Shown: positions 54,474 to 64,000 of the stretch, in pieces
How the letters are laid out: each line of letters starts with the position of its first letter
How positions within the stretch are numbered: position 1 is the stretch's first letter
Assembly (NCBI GenBank): GCA_964016885.1
Contig: OZ024745.1
Coordinates: 63,612,001-63,676,000, forward strand
Origin: Eledone cirrhosa
Lineage: Eukaryota
DNA length: 64,000 nt
Direction: 5' to 3'
Position numbers and translations under genes: made by a program
Notes under the pieces: generated by a model
Told to the model about the DNA's origin: nothing
The model's database searches: none
The model's input: the letters and a program-made list of their open reading frames with translations, nothing else

Positions 54474-54849
54474 AGTATAATAATATATATAAGTTTGAAT
54501 TTGCACCTAATTGTGTATGGTTGATGGTATATTTAGTCAGTTTCTACACGCTGTCGAAATGTTGGATAAATACTCTATTGGGGCCACCGCGAAGAGGCCT
54601 CTTTCGGTTATTTGTCGGAAATTTCTTCATAAGAGCCTTTATTCTTATAGCTTGGTCTAATTGATTTTTTATATGGTTAATTATGCTAATTGGGAGAGGA
54701 AATGGTATATATTTTATCTAATAATTTTAAGGACATGATTTATGATATATTGCTCTGATTATTTAATTTATTAATTCTTCATAGAGCTACAACGTGACCG
54801 GTTGCAACATATATATCTATGACTTTATGTTTATGTATATGTAAACCTT

Positions 54850-54989
<140 letters not shown>

Positions 54990-55689
54990 ATTCACAAGTA
55001 CACTCGCATATATATATATATATATTTGGATATTTTGTGTAGTTCAGGCATCTGTTCCAAATTACATTCAATCGCCATCAATTTCGACGAACAGTGTTGC
55101 TGTTACTCAGCGAATTAGTGTGAATGTTGCTGAGTATTCTACAAAAATAGGTACCCCTAAAAGAATCCCCAGGGACAACTAGCTTGGGGATTACGGGCCT
55201 GCCTCTTTGAATTGTGGGCGCACGTCACAATGATGGGTACCAACGTAGGTTCCGTTTAAACAATGGAGTTTCTTGAGAATAACGTAAAATGTTCTTACGC
55301 AAGATGTTGAAATGTGAGATTGAACAAAGAATTTCAGGAATTCACAACGATCATCTTTATTTCACCATGCCTGTTGCGTATCTACCACGATGTCAGACCT
55401 AGAATGCGAGTGAATGTTCAGTTCTACTTCATCATACACGGCATTCAATTTCTGTTGGAGACTTTTCTATTGCAGGAAGTAATACAACAAAGTTATCAGT
55501 ATGACATGTGGTGATGCTTTACTTCGTTACACACATGGACTTTGCCTCTATTTAAGAAATCCCTCTGAGCTTACTTTCATATACACTGAGCACAATGTTT
55601 TCGGGTAGTCGTTTTGGATCTCAGATTGTTGTCTGTCCCTGTTATATGTACACACACAAACACTCACTCACACATGTGTTTGTATATAT

Positions 55690-55760
<71 letters not shown>

Positions 55761-56033
55761 GTGTGTGTGTATGTATAATGATTTATTTATGTATGTATAT
55801 GTGGGAGTATCTGGTTGTGTATGTATATATATACAGGCAGACATGAGCATATGTAAATACACACATACGTGCGGACAAACGAATAAGGTTTTCTTTTTTC
55901 GTTAACTAAAAATGCGGGTGACTCATTCACGACTACATAACTTTATGCACGCACGTACGCACACATACACACACATACACACACGCATGTCTCATCTCCC
56001 TCTCTCCCGCGCTCTCTCGGTGTATGTGTGTGC

Positions 56034-56123
<90 letters not shown>

Positions 56124-56552
56124 ATGGAAATGTATAGTCATTTAGGTTAGCTTGTACTTTCTGTCGAAGCGAATTCTTATGTATGTACCCCTGTCACTGC
56201 AAATAGACACAAAACAATTCTATTCTATGATGTTTTATTCTGAAAAGAATATTATGCCACTTTAAGTCTGGCACATATTCCACTCCTCTTAAGTATGCAT
56301 GTACAAATACACATATATAAAAAGAAGTAGCAGTTAACACTATCTGGGTGAATGACATTAAAAGTTCTATTTGTGATCGGATTGCAATGTTTCAAATGCT
56401 GGGAATTTGCTGAGGAATCTTTAAATATCAACACTCGTAGCAAAACATTTTTTATGTTGTTTCCGTTTATACACGATGATAATGACAAAAATAATAATAA
56501 TTGTTTCTTCTTTTGGCACAAGGCCAGCAATTATCCCAGTGTGCATTATAAT

Positions 56553-56598
<46 letters not shown>

Positions 56599-56848
56599 CT
56601 TTCTTTATTAACCACAAGGGTTTACATAAAGTAGACATTAAGGAGAGTACAGGACAATACAGGACGGTACAAATGGGCATTTCTGCGTGTAAAAAAAAAA
56701 AACAGAGGATGTAACAAAAAAATAACAATGAAAATTTCCCCAATAGGGGGGAGACTTCGGAGGGACATTTGTGGAGAAAGCCCATTAAAAGGCCACAGTG
56801 ACCCTGACCACCAGGGCAAGTGCCCTATCCCAGTTTTCCACCTTTAAT

Positions 56849-58560
56849 TTACAGTAACATACTCAGAGTAGGCCCATTCACTCGGGCCATACTTGCTTCT
56901 CTCATCCATCTTTCAACAAAATGCTGGGAAGAGAGCACTTCCCTCTCTAACCTGATTTTCCTTTTCAAATGAAATTTGAAAAAGTTAATCAGGACAACAC
57001 CGAAGAGGTGGGTGCTCGTCTTCAGCCCTTTCAAACGTATCCACCATACTATCTCTTTCGCCATGGCCACCAGACATGAGAAAGAGGGCGGGGCAATCCT
57101 CACCATGGACTCAGCTGATAGCTGGATCTGTCCTACACATGACACCAGGTGTTCGACATAAACCAACAAGCCAGCAATACTCGGACACTGGAAGAGTGCG
57201 TGCAGGACGGTTTCGTCGCCCTGCGCGCATCTCGGACATGCCCGGCTGACGGCACCTCCATGCCTGTGGAGTTTATCCCGAACTGGCAAAGCTCCTCCGT
57301 AGCACTGCCAGGCCAGGGATTTCTGGAAGTTGTCCATAGGCCCCGGCCCGAAAGTTCTTCCGAAGAGATTGGCTAGTTGATTTTCGTCGACGCCTAGAGT
57401 TTCTCCAAGTACGTCGTCGCTCTTCCCCTCCACTAATCCTCTATAGAACGCCAAGGTGGAGTTACCACCGATCACATTGCCCGATTGGTCGAGGGCTGTG
57501 AGCGCCTGAAGACATTCCAGTCTCCAAGCGCTCCCTCTCGGTCTTCGCTTGACCCAGGACTGCAGTTCCGTCAAGGAGACGAGCTGGGGAAAGACGCGTC
57601 TAGCAAACGGCGACCACACCTGATCACCGTCGAGGAAGAGGTGGAGACACGTAGCCTGAGCGCGTATCTGCGCATCATCAGCCACGGCATGCCCAGCCCT
57701 CCACGTAGCGGGTCTTGACAGCAGATGAACCGCCTGACCATCAGAACGCGTCCCTTCCACAAAAAGCGAAAGAGCAAACGCTCCAGCGCAGTCAGGCGGG
57801 GCTTAGGACAAGGTACGACGGTCAGGCCGTAGTAGATGACGGACGCGATGTACGCGTTAGCCACCTCCGCTCGACCTTTCAGGGATAGCTTCCTCTCCGC
57901 CCATTTCTGGGTGAGAGAAGCCACCCTGCTCGTCACCTCGTCCAAGTTTTTGTCCGTCTGCAGGTCCGGACCTAACCAGACCCATAGCAATTTAACCGGT
58001 CCGTCCGTCCAGCGCCCGACGACGCTATTGGACGGCATGGACCTGCCTCTCCAGGTGCCGAGCTGCAGGCCCACTGACTTTTCCTGGTTGATCATTGCTC
58101 CTGTCACCGCTTCGTATTCTCTTAGTGTAGTGCCGATCGCGTCGATGTGTTCGGCGTTCGACACCACTACGGTGACATCGTCCGCATATGTTGACACGGA
58201 TCTTCCGCATCCTAGTTCGCGCGGGATCCCCCTCAACGTCTCCAGTTTGTGCAGTAATGGCTCGAGAGTCAATACGTACAAGAGGGACGAGAGGGGACAT
58301 CCTTGGCGGACCGAGCGCATGATGTTGAACGGTTCCGAAAGGTGACCGTTCACTCTCACCACAGAGCAGATGTCGCTGTGCATTAGCAGCGATCCAGCCT
58401 CTGAAGACGGGCCCAAAGCCAGCCGCCCTCAGGACTGCCGCTAGGTAACTATGGTCGACCCTATTGAAAGCTTTCGACTGATCTAAATTGATCAAGGACC
58501 CACCCGTGCCAGGTTCCCTAGCCACCCTCTCTACGATGCATCGCATGAGGTGGAGGTTGA
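56849..58560 (-). pseudogene. LINE ORF2 remnant: RT + C-terminal CCHC finger
   Basis: LDQSKAFNRVDH, VRQGCPLS, YADD, LSLKGR, GGLGMP, CPRC..ETVLHALFQC. Confidence 0.92.
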
Positions 58561-60011
58561 CGTGGATGGATCAAAAAGTGTAATAATTCGTTGTTGTTCA
58601 AATGTATTGCTGTGTAGTGTGTATCGTTTTGTTTTGTTTGCGTTTGTTGTGGGTTTGTTTCTGTTTCGTTTTTTGGTGACTTTTTCGGTGTTGGTGATGG
58701 TGGTGTTGGGGTTAATGATGGTGATGGTGTTGGTGTTTGTGGTGATGGGGTTAGTGATGCTGGTGTGGATGGTTGCATAGCTGTCTTAACTTTTTTGTTT
58801 GATAGTTTATTTGTTTCCCTCTGTATTTTGTTTTTGGAGGGGAAGGAAGAGGATTTTTTTTTTTTGGTTTCTTTTTCTTTTTTTCTTTTTCCTGATACCG
58901 TTTCCCACTCCTTGTCGTCACAATCTGTCTCCAGTTGCGATAGGTCGGGGAGTGTAAAATCCTCCACAGGCGTTGGTTTTGGTTGTGGCGTGGTGGATGG
59001 TGTAGGCGCTGGTGCTAGTTCTGACGCTTTGGGTGGTGGTGGTGTTGGTTTTGCTACTGTTGCTGGGGTTGTTGCTGTTACAGTTGCTTCTGTTGTTGCT
59101 GCTACAGTTGTTGCTGCCATTTTTGCTGCAGGTGGTGTTGATGGTTGAGTCACTGGGGTGGGTAAGAGAGGTGGCCTCAACCTTTTAGCCTGAGGGCAGA
59201 AAGCCCTTAGGTGGGTTCCTTCACCACATACGACAAACCTAGGCCTTCTGCCCTCGACGATTACGGTGAGGTGGCTGCCGTCAGTGAGGTCTATTACCTT
59301 TGGGATCTCCTCAATGATTTTTTGGTCCGCTTGGATCAGGAGCTCCATCCCAGAACCGGACCAGTTCTACTGCTTTTCTTACGCTATTTCGATTATCTTT
59401 GTGTTGGCCTCGATGCCGGCGAGGACGGCAGCTATTAGCCAGGGAATTTCGATAGCCGGTGGAAAGTGGGTCACCCTGATCTTCACGAGTCTCTGGCCAC
59501 AATAGCTTGGGACGAGTGTGAGATCGTCACTTCTTAATGGGGCCATGGAGTGTTCTCTGGCCTCCTGTGGTGTTCCAAAGAACACGTCCACGGTTCCATA
59601 TTTCTGCCCACGTCTGATGTGGGGTTTTTTGGCCCACACATGTCCCAAAGCTTTTTGGATTTGGGACTCAGATGCCCGGTCCACTCGGCGCGATTTTATG
59701 TTAATCGTCCGATAAGACACGCTGCATAGGCGCCGATGCTCCATTTTATATGGTGTGGAGGGTGTGAGGCTGACCCTGTACCCATCTTTCTTTACCATTC
59801 TTTTGGCTTCTTCTAATTCCTCCTGAGTTACCTGGATTGCTTCGCACTTTTTTGCTACTCTGGCAAAAGACAGGGTGGTTTTCTTATTCTCATTGTTGTT
59901 GTTGCTGTTGTTGTTATCGTTATTTTTGTTATTGTTAATTTTAGTTTCAGTCGTGGTGGTGGTAGCGTCAGTGGTGTTGGGTGTGGAAGAGTTTATTTTG
60001 GGTGAATCCAT
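58560..60011 (-). pseudogene. LINE ORF1 (gag-like, zinc knuckle, Pro/Thr-rich), frameshifted near 59380
   Basis: SFARVAK, VEGRRPR(F)VVCGEGTHLRAFCP degenerate CCHC, WETVSGKRKK. Confidence 0.75.
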
Positions 60012-60481
60012 TTCGATGTCACGAGATAATTTATTTATTTATTTTGTTTCTGTTGTCGCTGTGGTGGGGTGGGGGTGGCGGCTTCAACACCTGCAGTCAT
60101 TTGTAATGGCGGGAAATGAATGTCTGCATGAGACAAATTTAAAATATAGCTACTGCTTATATTTTGGCAAACGTAGTAATATTTACAATGGTGGTGTCGG
60201 TGTGAGGTGTTAGTTTGTGAGGAAGGTGTGACTCTGAGTCGTCCATGATTTTTTTCAAAGAACAATTTTTGTTCGATAATTATAAAAGTTTAAATTTTGG
60301 GTTCAAGGCCCCAATCTTTTTGAGTGTCCTTTTCAGTAAACAATGTATGTGCACTTATATACTGTTAACAATAAAAATTCTCCATAAATGGCAATTTTAA
60401 ACAACTGAAAATAACAAATCTTTGTGGAGCTCACGATAATACGATTTACTACGTAGTCGCCAATAATAATAATAATAATAA

Positions 60482-62330
60482 ATTAATTTCTGTATTGGCC
60501 AAAAGGGCCTAAAGATGTAGGACAATAAAAGAGACAGCGACAGCGGGAGGTTACAAAAATAAAAAAAATATTCGTGTACTAAAATAATGGTTTCTTATAT
60601 AGGCACAAGACCAGTAATAAAATAATAAAAGAAAGCTGTGAACAATAAATAATAAAATGTTTACCAATGAAAATTCCCCAAGGTGGCAAGCGGGGGTTAC
60701 TGCTCAGGGGTTTATTCAGGAATCTCGCCTATACTATATCACCTTACCCTCCAAAAGCACCCTAAGAGGGTGCCTCTCTCCTCTCCGAACTATGCTGCCT
60801 ACAAGAGCATGGGCCATCCTCTCTACATTCATCCACCTTTTAACAAATATATGGGGTAGGGGGCAGCACTTTCCTCTCTACGCTCAGCTGCCTTTCCAAG
60901 TGGAAATTGTCAGTCTTCAGTCGTTGCAGCCGCGTTCTCTACACAACCTCTCTTACGCTACAGCCACCAGGCAGAGGAAATCTGTCTGATTTTACCGACC
61001 AAAATAAGGGCTTCAAGAAATCTTCACGATGATTTCAGTCGATAGACGTACCTATCCTACACGCGATAAAAGCTCTTCGACAAAACTCCACAAGTAATGT
61101 ACAGAAACTGGACGTATTATTGCTGATGGGTCTCGTCAAACTACACACACCTGAGACAGGTCCGCCTGACCGCAAACTACTTCTAGAATTTATCTCGAAC
61201 CGGCAGTGCCCCCAGTCCACCCCACGTAGCACTGCCAAGCCAGGGACTTCTGTATGTTATCCATAGTTTGCGACTCTCCATAACAGATTCGTCAATTCGA
61301 TTTAGTCGACACTCAGGCCTCCCCGTACTTGACCATCACAATCCTCTATAGAACTCTGGAGTAGAATTTACACTGACCGCACTACCCGATTGGAAGCGGG
61401 GCGTGAATGACTGAAAATGATCGTAGTTTTAGTCTAGGTCTTCGTTTGACCTACAACTGCAACGCAGTCCCAGAAACGAGCCCTGGAAAACTTACGTGAA
61501 AGACTCCGTAGCCCCAGTGCCGGTTTGCGCATCATCAGCCACAGCAAGCTCAGCCCTCCGTTTAAAGGGTACTTTCTAGATATTGTCGGACTTGGTGATA
61601 TGAGTCTGTACATATCAGTCGTTTTTCCATGTCCTGGGGATCTTACTTCGTCCCAGCCAATTACACATTTTGACGTATCATGTTACGATCTGCTTCACCA
61701 TGATAAATTGGGTGAAAACCTTTCAAATGGCCAACAGATGAGCTATGACTCGGCTGCCAGCTTCTGCGTAATGGTCGAATTATGGACGTAGAACATCATA
61801 TAGATGGGAATTGGTGCAATTGTCCGCGATCCCTGACCGTCAGCAATGATAATGAGAAGAGATCCGACGAGACAATTTCTGTTGCTCTGGTAGGTTTGGT
61901 AAAAGATGGGCCTATTGTTGTCAGACCTATGTTAGGTCTAGAGGTTGAGATAATATTGACAAAAACGGTATGAGTGTTACATGATGACACACTGGCCTAT
62001 CTAGTAGTGCTCCTTTTATTGTTGGTGGTGGGTCTTTTGTTCATAGTGCTATATTTGTTGGTGTATTGTTCTGGTTGTTCAAAGTGCGGTTTTTGTTGCT
62101 GTTGTTAATTACATTTTTACAGCTGGATATTCAGAGTTATAATTATCATTAAGGAGCGCTATTTATTGTTCTCTTCCTGAGTGGGCAATTTTGGATCTTT
62201 CACTATGTAGAACCTGTGGAAAGAGGGAGATTATTTTTGTCTTTATTTTTATTTTTGCTAAAAATTAGGGATCTTTTGTGTTTAAAATGAAGAATTTTCT
62301 CTTAAGGGACGAATGCTGAGAACCACGCGC
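60482..62330 (-). mobile_element. Second, more diverged Tx1-type LINE copy in tandem
   Basis: Blocks matching copy 1 (CACTGCCA.GCCAGGGA.TTCTG, TGCGCATCATCAGCCAC.GCA, AATCCTCTATAGAAC); similar 3' end. Confidence 0.75.
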
Positions 62331-62509
62331 TTTACAACATATTAACAAAGCGTTTATAAAAATCTAACAATACAGATGTTATACTCAAATGAAAGGCAAC
62401 ACATGTGAAGTAAACTAGAGTGGCAGCAGAAGTAGTATTAGCAGTAGCAGCAGCATTAATAGTAGTAGTATGAGCAAGAGGAGAAACACCAACACATGGA
62501 TTTGCAACA

Positions 62510-62690
62510 ACTGGGGTGAGGGGAAAGTCAATCAAATCGTCTCTAGTTCGTTGCCGATACTTTATTTTATAGAACCCGTAAGGATAAAAAGTAACGTTAA
62601 CCTCAGTGGGATTTGAACTCAGAACGTAATGGTCTGGAACAAATGTGGTAATCATTTGTTCGATGCTCTAATGACTTTGCCAGATGAAAT
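62510..62690 (-). mobile_element. Diverged SINE family A copy
   Basis: Reverse complement of B box and core. Confidence 0.7.
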
Positions 62691-63174
62691 ATCTTGTGCA
62701 GTATTCCTTTTGCTATTGGAAAACACAATTGAATATACAGGGCATATCATAGATAATGTAAAAGTTTAAATCGGATAATTGAATTTTTTTAATTCAATTT
62801 TTATTATGGGGCGTTGTGAAAACATAATTTAACTTTTGTGAAGAAGAAAACCATGAAATATGAGGCTAATCTTAAACTACACAAATACCTACATCATTCA
62901 ATGATTGTGTAAAGTATTGACACTATTCTTTGAATAACCTTTTGAGATCTTTCGTTTAGCTTATTCCTTTCACACGCTGAGCTGAGTCACGAGGCAATTA
63001 TTTGCCCTCGATACGATACTTGTCAGTAGTAAATGAGAAACATTTATTTTATCTCTTCGACTTGCTCTGACCCAATATTATATTGTTTTCGCTGAGTAGT
63101 TCAAGTGATGTGACTTATGTTCGAAGATTCGCGAAACTATAGTAGCCGGAGTGGGGTGAGGTTTATTATTATTA

Positions 63175-63392
63175 TGTTGACAGAATCGACAGAGCACCGG
63201 ACACCATGCTTAGCGTCATAGAGTCACGTCTCTTTATGTTCTGATTTCAAATCCCTTCGAAGTTAGCTTTGTCTTTCATCCTTACAGGGTCGATAAAATA
63301 AAGTACTAGTAATGCACTGGGTCGATTTAATCGACTTTTCCCTCCCCTAAAATTGTTGGCCTTGTGCCTAGGTAAGAAACTATTATTATTAT
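63175..63392 (+). mobile_element. SINE family A copy with (ATT)n tail
   Basis: Core and GGCCTTGTGCCTAGGTAAGAAACTATTATTATT tail. Confidence 0.85.
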
Positions 63393-63409
63393 TGTTGTTG
63401 TTGTTTTTG

Positions 63410-64000
63410 TGAGCCCCTTTCATGGGACGTGTGTTTCTGCAGCTCACCTTCTTATCTGTGCCACATTCCTGGGACAAGTGCAAACCCATGTTGAGCGCAT
63501 GTCATCTAGACTGCTGTCAGCTGCTTACTGCAATTCACCAAGGTGATAGGCTGACCGAAAACAAAGATTGCTTTCTATAGAATGTTAGAAGGTAAGAATG
63601 ACTGTGGCCTGGAATCTGATCTGGGCATTGATGGGGACAGACTGAAGAGAGTGGTTGTGCTACGGGAGGGCACTGCCGGTTCGAAATCAACTCCACAGGT
63701 ACTGTCAGACGGATGTGTCCGAGTTGCACAGAGAAGACACCGTTCTGCACACACTCACGCAGTGTCCTTACATTACTGACTTGTGGAGTTTTGTCTAACT
63801 GCTATTATCCTTCTCCATCTGAAGATTTCTCCGCTATCTTCTTTTGCCCGGGAAGGGCAGGATGTTTTTCCTCTGTCTGATTGCCGTACTGAAAGAGGTT
63901 GGGTGGTGAACGTGGCAGAAAGGACTGAAGACAGACACGTTCAACTTTGTCCAAATCCTCATCAACATTTTAAAGTTTGCAGTGTGCCACAATACTAAAT
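63410..64000 (+). mobile_element. Third Tx1-type LINE fragment (ORF2 C-terminal region), runs off the window
   Basis: WLCYGRALPVRNQLHR..DTVLHTLTQCP matches WQCYGGALPVRDKLHR..ETVLHALFQCP of copy 1; begins right after a SINE (ATT/GTT)n tail. Confidence 0.78.

Larger units (their letters stand above)
56598..60461 (-). mobile_element. Tx1/L1-clade LINE, both ends present, endonuclease region deleted
   Basis: ORF1 + partial ORF2; AATAAA near the 3' end; (AAT)n on both flanks (56553-56597, 60462-60481). Confidence 0.9.

Noticed and set aside
57836-59715. Plus-strand ORFs overlapping the LINE
   Set aside because: Antisense shadows of GC-rich LINE coding sequence.

Overview
AT-rich animal genomic DNA, most likely cephalopod/octopus-like (inferred from the repeat landscape only). 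No intact host gene is recognisable; nearly all ORFs in the supplied track are (TA)n/(CA)n translation artefacts. The window is a transposon graveyard. It holds several Penelope-like elements (PLEs; RT and GIY-YIG remnants) and about a dozen minimal type I hammerhead ribozyme (HHR) motifs, many inside small fold-back modules embedded in (TA)n. There are three Tx1/L1-clade LINE copies next to (ATT)n, and about 20 copies of a tRNA-derived SINE that shares its 3' tail and apparent ATT target with those LINEs. Also present: an R4/Dong-type RLE fragment in (CATA)n, three RTE-clade remnants (one with a PHD finger, one inverted), a Chapaev3-like CMC DNA transposon, mariner and hAT MITEs, and a few weak candidate host exons. 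The most notable systems are (1) the ribozyme-bearing PLE fold-back mini-elements with a shared downstream GAGTGCT motif and (2) an apparent Tx1-LINE/SINE partnership targeting (ATT)n.
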